60,000 bases of DNA. Source: Lama guanicoe (taxonomy: Eukaryota). A program made the position numbers and the translations under genes. Positions 25,001 to 39,113 of this stretch are shown one piece after another. Below the pieces are notes generated by a model. The model was given only the letters and a program-made list of their open reading frames with translations, made no database searches and was not told the DNA's origin. Each line of letters starts with the position of its first letter. Position 1 is the first letter of the stretch. The DNA lies in contig MU053652.1 in NCBI GenBank assembly GCA_013239625.1, positions 5,013,902-5,073,901 on the forward strand, given 5' to 3'.

Positions 25001-27774
25001 TCAGAAGTCTAGTTGTGGCTGATTTACATAAGGTCTGAGAATCTATTTGCCATAGTTATCTGGCACTACACAGGCCCAAAGCTTTGAGAATCCACGCAGA
25101 TAAATTAGCTATAGTTTTCTGGACCAATATTCCTCTCCACTGGTGTAAATAATCAAGAAGCAACTGTACTTCTGAGCAGATAAGTCTTTTTTGTTGCACT
25201 GGTAGTTTTCACATTACCTGTGCTACAAAACAAACCAAACATAAGTATTTTTCGGCTCTCCAAGAAAAGCTAATTTAAGGTTGCATTAGCTACATTTAAC
25301 CTGCTATTGTGGATGGCATCTCTTTAAGGAATGTTTCTGCCTCCTCAATGCACCTTGAAATTGAGAAAGTAATGATGCAACAAATGTGCCTGGGGTGACT
25401 TCATTTCAAAGGATTTAATATCTATACCTCAGACTTTAAAGGAGTGGGGTTTTGAACGACCCTGAAGAAAGGTAGCATGATCCTTAAAGAGTTATAAAGA
25501 CATCTTAATTACACACCCCTACTCTGCCCCCACTTCTGGACTGGCAGGCCAACCCCTTGCAAATGTGGGGGCATGCAAATAACCCCCTTCAGCAGGCAAG
25601 ACTGCAACTTACCTCTACAAAGTACCTTGCTGTGTGAGCAAACACGTTTGAAATAATTGAGCACAATGAGTTACCAAGTTTGGAAGGGTGAGGAAGTTGT
25701 GGGCAGGAGGCAGGGAGGAAAACCGGGGAAGCAGAAACCGTACGTAGTAGGCCCAGGACAGAGGTCCACAAGGACACTGCTTAGATAGCTAGGTCTCCTG
25801 CAGCCTTGAAGAGCAGAACTTACATAAATCAAAGTTCTCCGAATTCTGGAACAGGGATTTAGCCTGTCCGTTCACACTAGATGTTAGCAAAGTGAACTCT
25901 GGGATTTTTCCACCGAAAAACACCCACATAGTAGGTAGGCATTTACATAGTTAGGACTGGTGAGAGGCAAACATCACATCACACAAAACAGCACAGGGAA
26001 ATGGGAATCAGGATAAACCTATTAGTTAACAATTAACCACTCAGGATTATCACAGGCAAGTCTCACACGGGAACTGTTAAATAATGAAGCTCACTAATTA
26101 GTTCTCATCATCACAATCACTCTTTGATTAACATCATAGAAAAAGAACTAAAAACAAATATGCGCAGAGTTTATCATGGTACCATGGGGGTACTCAACTC
26201 CACAAGCACTTGAGAGACAGAACTCGAAACAGGCCCTTCAACCCTGATGAAGCTTCCTGCAGGGACAACTGGGTCCTGAACTCTCCATTTCAGCAAACCA
26301 GGAAGCTTCCTCTCCTAAAAGGGCTGACTATCCTGTCTCTGTAAGGCTGACCTGAGGCGAAAGGACTCCAGAGTACAATGCTGTTTGGGTCCAACCAATC
26401 TTAATGTTGAAGCAGCAAAATCTGTGTGTACAAGAGGACACATGCACAGGGGAAAAAAAGAGCACGGAAATCGGGACTTACGGCTAAGGATATGGAAGCA
26501 AGCACGTTTCCTCATTCTAAGGTGTATTGTGATAACTCATCATCGTAGTTATCTAATTTGCCAGGGCCCTCCAGACCAGAATTTCTCCTGCAGCCATGTG
26601 GGAGACAAATCATAACCACATCCCTATCAGAAAGCAAAAAACTCATCCATCCCTTCACACTCTTCCTCCTTCCCATGACCTGGGCACTATGGCCCCATGT
26701 GATGTTCTAATTCACAGAATGAGTTTGTGGTTCTCTGCAAGGAGCCAGCTGTACAGCAAGATAATCTCCTGATATAAATGGGGCCCTGTAAGGAGATCCT
26801 TGGGATACTGTCCAGCTCCATCATCACCCGAAGCACTTAAAAACTTGAAGCTAACCTCCCCTGGCTGGTTATCAATGTTTCATGGTGAGGTGTCTGTAAG
26901 GGGGACTGGTGGAGGGTGTACGACTTCAATGAGGGACAAGCTTAACAGGAATGAAGTGAACCCAGGAGACAGCCCTAGAGAAAAGCACTGACTGAAAAAA
27001 TGGAACACTACAAGAAAACAAAGCATAAAAAAAAGGTTGAAACTGGTCCGTCAATAATCTTTCGTTAGGTGTTGTCTGTGGTTTAGTTTCTCACATTGTT
27101 TACATGGTTGGCACAGCACCTTACTTGGGCCTCCAAAGTTGTCTGAATGTAGGAGAAACCATGTGCAGGCTCTGGGCTCCACTCCGGGGAGCATGTATCA
27201 AGGGCACATTTGTAGGAGTGCTAAGTTGAAAGAAAGCCCTCAACTTGGGAGGCTGCCTTCTCATCTGTAGCACACTCAACAGAGAACACGACCTTCTGTT
27301 TTCTTCCCTGCTTCTACTTCTTTACCAATCATTAAGGGAGGGCAGCCCAGAAGAGTGGAGACTGAAGGGCAGAGACTGGAGGGCCTCCCCCACTTGAAGA
27401 GGAAGGAGGAAGCTTCCGAGCGTGTCTGCGCACGTGCAGCTTCAGGTCCCCAGTATGGAGCAAAAAAAAAACCTCTCTGCAACCAGACTGGAAATGTTAA
27501 GGATGTGCCTGCCCTCAGGAGCCCTGCAAAAGAAAGGTGTCTACAGATGTCTGTATTTGGTTGGTCTCGCCCACCACCTAGTTCTGCTTCATGAGGTACA
27601 ATAGTGGGAAAAGAAAGCAGGACTTGGTAAATGCTAAGAAGAGAAGACACAACCCTGTGTTTAGAATGAAAATGTGCAAAAGCAGAATTCTGACAACCAC
27701 GGCAGGGCAACTGAAAACAAGTCAAGCCCTGTGACAGAAACAGAAGAGGGGGCTCCCAGAATATGGCCTGGACT

Positions 27775-28125
27775 TCAACTGTCATCACCCCAACTTGGAT
27801 AAAACTGAAATGCCCCTCAACAGGGAACTGGATAAACAACTGTAGTCCACCAACACAACAGAACACTACTCTGCAATGAAAAGGATGCAGGCGACAACAT
27901 GGATGAATCCCAAACACGTGATTCCATTTCTATGACATTCTCGCAAAGGCTGAACTGTAAGGACAGAAAACAGATCAGCGGTCGCCGCGGGCTATGGGAA
28001 GGGCTGGGAGCTGACTGCAAAGGGGGCGGAAGAATTTTGATGGCCGTTGTCTTGACTGTGGTGATGGTTACATGTGTACATGTTGGTCAAAACTCCACCA
28101 ACTACAATTAAATTTTAAAATAAAT
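27775..28125 (+). mobile_element. Old L1 (L1MB/MC-type) 3' UTR fragment
   Basis: aaatgcccctcaacagggaactggataaacaactgtagt...acaacatggatgaatc...tgattccatttctatgacattct...gacagaaaacagatcagcggtcgcc...cttgactgtggtgatggttacatg. Confidence 0.85.
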
Positions 28126-30929
28126 GAGAAAACATGAACTCAGTAGGCAGACAATGTAGTATTTTCATTCTAAACTCAAGAAAAATTTCCTAGTCAACTA
28201 GTTTACATGGAACTGAGAGTGAATAACAAGCTCAAAATTCAGCACAGTAATTGTGTTTTGAGTAAACTACTTTAATTAGCTATTCAATGCATTAAAGTAC
28301 TTAAAAAATTAAGCAGAAAATAGTCTGGATGAGAAAACAAGGGGTTAGGAGAGCATAGGGAAAAAAAAATCTGCTTCCCCAAAGCAGCATGGAAGTATCA
28401 ATCCCAGGCAGTGGCTCAGAGAAAGCGCACTGCCATCCTCAATTGGCTACACAGAGGAAATGCTGTGTTCAAATAAGGAAAAAGGACCACTAAGTACATA
28501 TGCCTATTGACATTTCTTTCCTACCTTGAAATAAAATCATTATGTGATCCGGCTTAACATGAATAAAATAACACCCCATTCCCAATCAAATGAAAGTTCT
28601 ACACAGGCTCCGAGATTATTCTTTCATTGAATGGCTTTCAGTTTCCCACATTTAACCAGCTGAAATTATGCTGTAAGAACGATTCAGTTTAACCTTTAGA
28701 AATGAAGTCACTGCCTTTCAGTGGAAAAATCTGCATTTGATCATCAGGAAATACAATGCCCTTGGCTTATTGTCTAAGACCAAAAAAAGCTGATTTATAA
28801 GTTTAGCATAGCCTCATATAAAAGAGTAGAGGTAAATAATTATCTGGTGAAATAGACACCTGGTTAAGATAACATAAATATATGCTTTAGGATAACGTAT
28901 CACCCACAAAAGCTTGCTCTCTTCTGATCTACACTCCTTTTTCCCTAATGTGGATGACCTAGGCAGTGCCAAGCCACCTCCCTCCTCAGGTCTGCCAATC
29001 CACACAACTATCTCAAAGTTACGGCTCTGTGGTGTTTAGGAGTTTCCACAAATAAACTCCACCCTCTTTCCACCCACAACTCCACCCCAAACAGCCCCTC
29101 TTCCCATTTCTACAGACTCTCACTCTCCCAAAGATCATTATTAGAATTCTTGGTTAAATTGATATTCAGTGTTTCTAAACTCCTGACTCTGTAAATCACA
29201 GCCATCCCTGGAGCGCTCCCATCCTCGGGTGTGCAGTGCGCGGTGGCCCACGAGGCCTGCTACGCAGCAGGTGCCCCGGGCCTTCCCTCCACCAAGACCC
29301 TGGGAATTCCCTTCACAACTTTTCCTGGGTTGTATTTCCCAAATCCAGGCCTTCCCCGTTCTTGGTTTACTCCCCTCTCCTTTGAAAATTTAAACAAAAA
29401 AATTCCTATCCTTATTTCATAGAGCAAGCGTCTTATCTAAGGTCAGGTAGGTAAATATAGGATTGCTTTTGTGTATTTTATTCAGGAGAAAGACTACCCT
29501 GTCTGTGAGAACTCTGAATCAACAGATAAATTCCTTCTATTATCCATCAGCATCGCAATACACTCTAGTTTCGCTGCCACTGGTTGCTTTAGTTATGATA
29601 GGAAGAAAACTTATTTTATTGTGAAACAATTACAATTGCTTTAGAATATGGACATAAGAGATAGTTGTCCAAAAATATCAGTTTGTAACAAAAAAATGTT
29701 TATAGAGGAGTTTAACACACTGAAAGGCATACCACCTTCTAATTATTTTCAGGTTATGTATTGCTCCAAAAACATGTAATTTATCTAAATTACAAAAAAC
29801 CAATTTACATAAAATAGACAATTACATTGATAAGAAAACAGTTAAAGGCAGTATTCCCATCTTTAATTGGTAAGGATAAACACAACCAATGGTGGATATG
29901 AGAAAAAGGCTATTTTGACTTTTAACAACTTACTTTTCTAAGAAAAAAAATAATAAATTGCTATAGCAATACCACAATAAACATCTTGTATGTTTCCAGA
30001 AAAAGGACATGAAAAGGACATGAGACTGGTCTAAAAACACAGCTTACACATGATATGCCCAGTGAGAATATGGAACAAAGCACATCAACCAGAGTCTGTA
30101 ATTCTGGATAACAATTACAAGGCTAGGATGAAAAAGTAACATACAGGCCTGAAACACATTCTTTTCTTTAAAAATTTTAAATCAATTTTTATCACTTCTA
30201 AAGTTTCTATGAAATAGGTAAGAATTTATTACCGAACCACAAAATGGCTTGAGAGATACAATTAAAACAATATGTGCAGAGTAAAGAATTTAAGACAGTC
30301 TGATGAAGCTCAAGTTTTCATTTCATGGGCAAATCAAGGACTCAGAGGCAAGAAAACTGATGCCATGTCAAACTCTGCCCCACCTGAGACAAGGACACTA
30401 CTTTAATAAGAAATCAAAATAAATGTTAAGGAAAAGTTAGATGACTAAAATAATTTTGACACCCCCTAAAAGTACTTTTAACTTTCATTTTTGCTTGCAG
30501 ACATATTTAGGTCCAATAAATCTTAAACAAAAAGTTTTTCAGTAAGTCTAATTAGTCTTCTTGAAGTCCTGCATTTTTAAAGAGTTAACAAAAATTATTA
30601 TAACATTTGCAAGACAAAGTTCTAGTTTTTGAAACAGAAAAAGGACAACCATTATGGTAGAAATTATTAATTAATACAGAAGGTGGTCAGTTTTAAGAGT
30701 AATAAAGGCTGATTGGATTACTGCATTCTATTGATTCTTATTTTGTGGTTGGCTTTATTCCTTTGATACTTATGTGAGTTAAGGAAGCTAAAGCTCTAAA
30801 CTGTTCTTAGAAACAATGATCAGCCCATATATGTAAACTTAAAAAAAATGTGCAGTATATTGTATATATGTAATTACATGCAATATATTGTATATGAGTA
30901 GTCAAATTGTAACAATACTAGCTAATAGA

Positions 30930-31250
30930 ACTGCAAAATATGAAAAGAAGAGCAATGAAGGCATTTAACTGAAACCTAATCATTTTAGCGAATAAAGATT
31001 TGTAGGGTGATGAAGCTAAGAAACTTTATGCTATCATTTGGCCTAAGTTTCTACCTTCTGGAATTGTTCTAAGAAAATAATTACAAACTATGATTTAGCT
31101 AAAGGAATCAATGTTCTTTGTCAACTAAAAAAATAACCCAAATAAACTAAATATCCAACAATACATAAGACAGAGTACTAGGCAGACGTTAAAAATGACG
31201 TAAAAGAATAGTATTCGTATAGAAAAAGAATTAAGTGGGAAAAGGAATTC
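30930..31250 (+). mobile_element. Very old L1 (L1ME-like) fragment
   Basis: tttggcctaagtttctaccttctggaattgttctaagaaaataatt...aactaaatatccaacaata...agagtactaggcagacgttaaaaatga. Confidence 0.55.
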
Positions 31251-32689
31251 AGCAATGATTCTGTGCCAGACACTGTTCTAGGCACCAACCGTGCAGCCAG
31301 GAATAAAACAGAGAAAGTCCGTGTTCTGAAAAAAAAAAACCTTTCATCATTTAAAAAAAAAAAAGGGGGGGGGAGGAGAGAAAATGAAAAACAGAGAGAA
31401 GAATTTTGCCGAATAGCTCTATTTTTTACTGAAAAACTTCTGGCAGTGCTAGTAGAGATGATTTTCTTCCTTTGGCTTATTTATATTTGATGCATTTAAA
31501 AACAAAATTGTTGACAGAAAATTTGTGTTTAAAAAAAGTGTAAGTTTTTGTTTTGAAAAAAGGAAAATACAATTAACATTCAGGGCTGATTCAGTTTTGC
31601 CCAGATAAATTTGCAAATTATTCAGGTCAGATAACGGTCTCTTCAAAAAAAAAAAAAAAAAAAGGTTTTTTGAGCCAACAGTCAACATTCTCTGGAGTGA
31701 ATTAGTTCTCTATAATTGTTTCATATATTTTGAGACAAATAAATATTATGGACACTGTAATAACGCCTGTGAACTGATTTGGAAAACATCCTGAATTAAA
31801 ACTGCATGTGAAATTTGCCCCACAATCCCTTCAAATACAGCATTTAAAGCACGGGCTTTATGGCACTGATGACAGCAAACTAGCTCTTTTCCTAAGGAAG
31901 AGAAGTTTAACTTAGACAATTGTGGTGCAGAGCCAAGAGGAGTGTCGGCAATAGGTAGAAAACAAACAAAAATCACACATTAGCCTGATGTGAGAGTAAG
32001 GAGAATGTGTTGCTAGTAACGTCTGCAGCGTGATGAAAGAAAGAGCCCCATGGCTGGGAACAGAAATAGATTTAATAAAGTCCCCAGAATTCCACACATA
32101 TGCCAGGATAAATGTGCAACAGTAGGCCAGACAATAATAAAACTACCCTTAAAGAAAAATAACTTTAGACATGTAGGGTTTGGGGGTGTGCTGGGGAATT
32201 CTATTTCTTCCTAAGAAAAAATACAGACTTATAACCCTGCCTCTCACCAGTGACTTCACCACTTCGCTATAATAAATTCGCATGAGGATACTGTACTGCG
32301 GTCCTAAATGTGAGATTCTATGAATCTAGCCTATCAATGGAAAACCATGTACCCCAGGATGCGTGAGTGGTGGCAGAGAACTTAGACAAAGAGATTTGGT
32401 CACGATAACAAATTTCTTCTTCAGCCAAAGATCTCCCATTGGTGTCATTTCTCCATCAGTGCGTACATAAATATGGATGGCACTTGTGTTGTGAAGTGCT
32501 CTCTCTTCTTAGTTTCTATGATTTTTCCCTCTCACAGCTTGGGAAGCTCCTTTTGAAGTTTCTTTTAAAGTATTCAGGTTGGGGTTTGGCCTGGACCCCT
32601 TCTCCTAATTCTCTGCGCAATTTCACACACTCCTGTCTATATGTCCAGAGATTCTTAAGTTTCCTCCCAAATCTATGCCACCAGTGTTT

Positions 32690-33110
32690 TATCATATCAG
32701 AAAAGCAGCACCACCACCAGATATTTGTGCTGGACATTCAGATATACACACAACATTCACATTCCATCCCCCTTTTTGACCCCCGGTCCAGGCAATGGCC
32801 AAATCCTATTAGTTCTTCTACCAAAGCAGACCTCAAATTTCTCTCTCCACGTCCACTGCCACAATGCTAGCTCCAGGCACCATTCAGGTCCCACCAAGCA
32901 CACTGCAATGTCCTCCCCTAACCAGGTAAAGGTACTAAAGCTACTCTTGCCTCGTCTGTCTCCACAGAGCAGCCAGAACAGAGGGGAAAATGCAGACTCC
33001 ACTACACCTCTCACACGGCACTTTCCACCTCAGGGTCTTCCTGTGCCTAATTTTATCCTTCAGCCCCAAACAAGACCTTCAACTAACTCCTCCTTAGGCC
33101 TCATATTAAA
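32690..33110 (+). mobile_element. L2 fragment
   Basis: ccaaatcctattagttcttctacc...tctctccacgtccactgccacaatgctagctccaggcaccatt...ccacagagcagccaga; the L2 tail appears to resume at ~33290-33400. Confidence 0.55.
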
Positions 33111-33121
33111 CTCACTTAAGT

Positions 33122-33191
33122 GGGGGGCAGGGAGGTATATAGCTCAGTGGTAGAGTGAGTGCTTAGTATGCATGAAGTCCTGGGTTCAATC
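33122..33191 (+). mobile_element. tRNA-derived SINE head (camelid Vic-1-like), 3' truncated
   Basis: ggggggcagggaggtatatagctcagtggtagagtgagtgcttagtatgcatgaagtcctgggttcaatc, with Pol III A box (tagctcagtgg) and B box (ggttcaatc). Confidence 0.8.
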
Positions 33192-33289
33192 GCTAATAAA
33201 AGACAGTCTCTGACCACACGGAAGAAGGTATGGCGGTGAGGACACACTCTCACAGGCTTCTATCTTCTAGCACAACTGTAACCACAGAA

Positions 33290-33400
33290 CAACTGCATAT
33301 GCTCTAGAATGACTGCATCTGTCTCATTTCATGTTATATCCTCAACACCCAGCACCGTGCCTGGAATATAGTAAGCTCTTGATAAATACTCATTGCTTGA
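33290..33400 (+). mobile_element. L2 3' end
   Basis: tatcctcaacacccagcaccgtgcctggaatatagtaagctcttgataaatact. Confidence 0.7.
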
Positions 33401-33689
33401 TCATTCATGTGATCACACTCAGTGTGACAAACTTACTTAAACACAAGCCATCAACAGCGTATGTTACATGTCAAGGAGAGAGAAAAAGGCAGTAAAGAAC
33501 TCAGGGAAGGAAGGAGTATGATTTGGGACTTGAATTGGATAAAAAGTTTGGGATACAAATACCACTGATGATGGTGATGGATTATTTTAGAGGGCTTTCT
33601 GTCTGCTAGGCCGAGCGCTCAGCCATTTAATAACCTCCATCCCCACCACCACCACCACACTGGTCTCTCTTTATCTCCTATTATGTCAA

Positions 33690-33875
33690 CTGCTCTAAAT
33701 ACTCTACATGTATTAGCTCTCATTCAAGCACAGCACAACCTAATGAGGTAAGGGCCATGATTACATTCATTTTACAGGCGAAAAAACTACCGCACAGAGA
33801 GGTTAAATAACTTCAAGGTGACAAAGTAATAAGCAGTCAAGCTTGGACTTGAACGTGGGTGATCTGATATTGGAG
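33690..33875 (-). mobile_element. MIR SINE (antisense)
   Basis: cacaacctaatgaggtaagggcc...cattttacaggcgaaaaaactaccgcacagagaggttaaataactt. Confidence 0.8.
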
Positions 33876-36800
33876 CTCATATTATTTATCATGTATTCCA
33901 CATTGCTGCTGCATTCTAGAAAATATACATCCTTCCTGTTGCATCCTCCTACAGGTCTGCCCACTTCTGGTTACTATCCAGCACAGCTAACTGTGTATCT
34001 AGGATCCAGGGTCACCTTTGTTCAAACACAATTTCATAGGGTTTAGGTCACCACCTGGCGGATCAAATCTAGACTAGACTCCGTGAAGAGATTAAAAAAA
34101 AAGATCCCTATTTCTTAGGAGTTTAGAAACTACTCAGGACCCACTGCACACAGGTCAACCTGTGGGCAATCACTATATCAGCAAGTACAAAATCATGGTA
34201 ATGAGTGATTGTGTAGAAGCTGAGGGCAGGCATGATGAGAAGGCAGTGAGGATAAAAAAGTGACACTGCCAGGGAGAAGGGAGATGCTCTGGAGGAGGAG
34301 GAAGGCCTGGTCAGGAGAGAAAAGCCAGTAACTCAAAAAGAGCAAGTAGCCAGTCTCAGCAGAACGAGAACATGAAATAGTGGAACAGACCAAATGCGAT
34401 ATAAAAGAAGAGCCCCCACAGCGGGTCAAGATCAAGGCATGTTTCAGGAATGTACTAGGAGAGAATGTAGGTCTTCCTCCAAATTCAAAACCTCTCAAAT
34501 ATAATATAATATTAAGAATTCTATCATTTCCTCCTCAGAACACCCTTGCCTTGGCACAAAATTACTAGGTTATTCTAAAGCAACCCTGAGGTCTGATTCA
34601 AGGCTATTTATCTGGACATCAACACGGCCAAGAGTATCCACAATTTTGTACAACATATTCTGTAGGGAATATGTTGGAAGCATGCTAACTAAAGCCTTAA
34701 AACACGAGTAAGCAGAATGTCTATGTTAGTAAAATGACTTACTTTGAGATGTTTACATAAGCAATAGCCACAGGGCAAAAGGAGTTCAATCCAGGGCTAA
34801 GCAGTGTTACGATGGTGAAGTGGAGAGCGAAGCCGGGGCCAGGCAGAGATGCTTCAAGTTTGATCACATCACTCAGATCAGACAACCCGGTCACACACCT
34901 GGACCTGGGAATCAGGAATTTTATCAACTGCCTCCAAATACCCTAACATTCATTTAGCCAAGCCTGTAATGGGCTCACTTAGCCCATTTGGACCCATACA
35001 ATAGAATCATAGGATAATACCCACATGCACACAGAAAACAGAAAAGCAATGAACAGCATGAACCAGCAAGGAAAGGATCTGTGCTAGAGGCAATTCTCTC
35101 TGGAAAGAGTGACACTTCCCTCAGAAAAAAATGCTCCTGAGCTCCCTCAATTTCCTTTCTCCTTTCTTTGAACAAAGAAAGAAAAATCATTATAGCTCAA
35201 GACACTGAAATGAAAGCTAGGACCCTGTTTCTAAGGGGCTCATTTGTATGCATTCCTGGGTGTGAAGTCATAGTTGACAAGGAGTCAGAAGGGAACTAGA
35301 AAAATATGTGGCAGAAAACTTCCTGAAAACAGAATTCACTGCAGTGACATATCAAGTCTACAGATTATTTTGAAAATAAGATGTTTTAGCGAAAGGAGCT
35401 ACAAAGTTAAAAAAAAAAAAAAGCTGCCCCTAATAGTGCTCTACCTCCAGGCAAGTCACTGGGTCAAATGTTTCTTTCCAAGGTTTTTAAGAGCTGAATT
35501 TAGAAAGCTGGGACACAGCTACCAAATGTCAATGGGCCCTGTGTTCAATGTCCAATCCCTCTACCTCAACCTACTATGATGTCTGGATTTTTCAACACAA
35601 AAGCCTGTTGGTGACGGCAGACCAAGTAAGGGACCGGCATGGAATCGGCATTCTGCAGATGAGAGACACATTCACTTCAGAACTTTATGCTTTAAAAGAA
35701 CTTTCACAACCAAATGACTCTTCATATTTTCAGGCACAGAGTAGGCAATAAAACAAAGATTTTCCAAGCTCATAATCACATGATCTCTTACTGCCCCATG
35801 TCAGTTTTGTATTTCTTTCGTTTCTGTAACTGATTCCCATCTTAGAGGATAATTTTCAAACAGGTAAAATCATGACTTTTATTCAAATATAAAATGAAGA
35901 CGTGTCAAAAGTTTTATTTTAATTAATGAGAGAACCAGAAAGATACTACAAGTGATTCAGAGGAGAATTTGGAGGACAGATATTTACACGCAAATTAGGA
36001 ATGTTGAAGTGCATTTGCTAAAAATGCAAAGCTGCAGAGGAAAACGACTGAGTGAAAATGTAGTTTTGAAATCATCTTTTTTACACAGTGGAAATTAATT
36101 GTATATATACAGGACCACATTTGTACACACAGGAGTCATCTGCATCATCATTAGGTTTCACAAGTTAAATTCTCCACTGGGGTGCAAAACAGCCGAGTTA
36201 GAAACAAAAGGGGGCAGGACTGCTACAGAATCAGGTAGTCAGGTAGCCCCCCAAGGGTTTACCAAGCAGTGCCCAGTTCTCTGTTCAAAGGGTACCCAGT
36301 AATCTCGCCAGTTTCAAGGTCTATCAACAATTTCTCCTGATATCCCCAACTATATAAGAGAGGTGAGAGACTATGTCCTAAATTTAATGCCCTATAGTGC
36401 AAAAAAAAAAAAAATCCACTAGGAGAACTCAGTTGAAGAGTGGATTAAATTTTTAAAAGAAGGTGCTTAAACACAACCCCTGTGGTAAAGGCTGAAACAC
36501 AATCTTTTTCAAATTCCAGCCTTTCTTTTCAATTTCATTCAGTATCATGTTCAGCCGAAGAAAGACAGACTTCTCTCTTATTCCCACGGAAAGCAGAAAT
36601 GCTCTCTGACTTCTTTGTCAGGAGAGAGGGGGACATTCCTGCAAGTTCTGGGGAGTGTGAGTAGGAGAGCTTTACGAAACCAGAATTGGTCACACAGGAC
36701 TACTATGGCTGAAAGACTGATGGAGAAAAGGCAATAAAGCAATGCCCTTGACCATCAAGGAGGGCAACCAGCTGAAGCAAACTTCCTGACGTGACCAAGG

Positions 36801-39068
36801 TCTCCTCAACCAGCCCCAATTCTTTTGCAGAGGGAGGCGGGCAGGGAGTGATGGAAGGCACCACTGGTACTAACCGTGGCTTCCCTGCACGGGGCCGTCA
36901 GATTTCTAGAGGACAGTAAGTCTTCTAGAAAGCAAGGTCAGCAGCCAGAGCTCTGACTCTTACAGGACAGGGTTCCTTTGGGATTTCCCCTGGGCAGCAA
37001 GGATGGAGTGTGAAGGGAGCTCTAGTGCTAAGCAAACGAATCCCAGGCAGAACCACAGGCCTTGACCTTGTGTGGTCAGCACAAAAGGGACATTAGAATG
37101 TTCGGGGGTTACTCAGAGGCTAAGGGAGAGTAAAAGAGGGAAAAGTTATGAGAACAAAACAAACAAGAAAAGGAGCGTTGTGCCATCAAATCACCAGTGA
37201 GTGGAAGGAACAGAAAGGGGGCTGAAAGGAACTTCAGGATCACGTGAGGAGGAGGAGGCAGCCTAAAGAAGTAGGCGAGAAGACACCTAAGGGCAACTGC
37301 TCTTCAACACCGACCCAAGGTATGAAGTCCCCGGGTGACTGTCCTGCTTTTTACCTCCCTCCCATTTACTGGGCAAACCACTTTTTAATTCTCTTCAGCC
37401 AAAAGTCATGTTTTAAAACTCTTACATCGAGGTCCAGCTCCACTGGGAGATAAGGAAAGATAACTTCTGTTAGGGTCCCCAAGCCTCCCTGAAAGAAAGA
37501 CTGCTTCTAGTACCCCGAGGAAAAGAGGACAGCGCTATTCAAGTTCAAGAAGATGCTGAGAAACCAGGGACTCAAGGAAGAGGTCAGGAGGAAATGCTTA
37601 AAATCCTACTTACTTATTGCATTTTAAAGGAACACTGCCATCCTTTATATTTGCAAGTTAGAATCTCACTGGTCAACTCTGCAAGTCTTCATTTCATGAC
37701 TTACTGGAAAAAAAGGGACCTGCAAGTCTGGCCACCTACCCTCCATCCCCAGAGCTAGCCTTTGGACCACTGTAGACCCTGGTTTCAGCACATTCATATT
37801 ATTAATACTATGCCTCTCCAACAAAAATCAGTCATGGATAGAGGAGGTTGCCAAAAAGTCAGTATGTAACATGAGCAAAGAAAACCATCCACAAGAGAGC
37901 CCAGCCAGAAGGCAAGGAAGGAGATGAGGAGATCAAAGAACAGTGAAATTTGTTTCCAAGTTATCAGGGTTCCACTCATGAAAAGGCAGAAGATGTTCAG
38001 GAGCTGGACAACCCCTGGTAATCTGATCCATTCGGGGGGCTTTTCGAAATGCAGCCTGTCGATGACAGGATGCTGGGCTAGGCTCTATCCTCTCGTGTGG
38101 TGTGGTCAATGAACAAACATCCTAACGTGCACTAGAGAGGGAAAGGCACACGCAGCAGGAAATAGAGCAAAAGTTCAACAGACACTGTGACTCACCGAGT
38201 CCTAGTGGAAGGAGGCAGAGGAAGAAGTCGGTGCATGCCGGCTACGACCCGAGGGGTGGGGAGCCCATGCTTTCCTCGGAATCGTAATTGATTTGTCTGA
38301 TTTACCACGACAACGGTAAGCCACGCACCAGCCACATTTTATTGCCTGTTTTACACGTTACATCTGCAGGAGATCGTATTTATTACAGAGCAGGCTACAG
38401 CAAAAACAATAATAAACCTAAGATTAGCAACAGCCTTATATGCCACTGACACGCACATTCTGACTCTTCTTATGCCGGAGAGGGAGGGAGCCGAGGCAGG
38501 ATCAGGGAAAAACAAAACAAAACCCACTAATAATGAAAACATGGATGTATGAAATGAAGGAACACCACAGAACCACCCTCCAAAGCAAATCAGATCTCGT
38601 ACCAAGTTGATCAAATTCTTAGTTGGTTTTACATTCATTGGAACATCCTGGCCCGAAGGGTAACCCAGCAGATTATAGAAAGGACAGCAATGACAAGTAC
38701 TTGAAATACCCCACCTTCAGAAATCAGAAATAAAGGAAACCAGTAATTTCTTGAGGATCCAAACTACCAGGGTTTTTGTTCTTAGTGGTTACCCTGAAAA
38801 ACATGTGAGGAGATGCAGAAGAGCCAAGTTTAACAAAGCCCCAGCCAAAGGGTGGGTTCAGATGGCATTACACACAGATGCTGTGTACTTTACGGAAAAC
38901 ACAACACTCGATATGGAAAGGGATCTAAGAGGCTCAACTGGGGAGAGCAGAATATGAAGTCTGAAGGCACTTCTAGTAGCCAGCACATGACCGCCCAGGC
39001 CCGGGGGAAGCGGCTGAATGGACGTGAAAAGGTCTGCTTGTTTCAGCACCACGTGACAAAGCCGCCCT

Positions 39069-39070
39069 GG

Positions 39071-39112
<42 letters not shown>
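39069..39112. repeat. (GGCA)11 microsatellite
   Basis: Perfect tetranucleotide array read directly. Confidence 0.97.

Positions 39113-39113
<1 letters not shown>

Noticed and set aside
27276..27917. 213-aa minus-strand ORF
   Set aside because: Begins in antisense L1 3' UTR sequence; non-ATG start; no domain recognised
33122..33191. Possible tRNA gene
   Set aside because: Acceptor stem cannot close and the 3' end is missing; it has a SINE-type G-rich 5' leader
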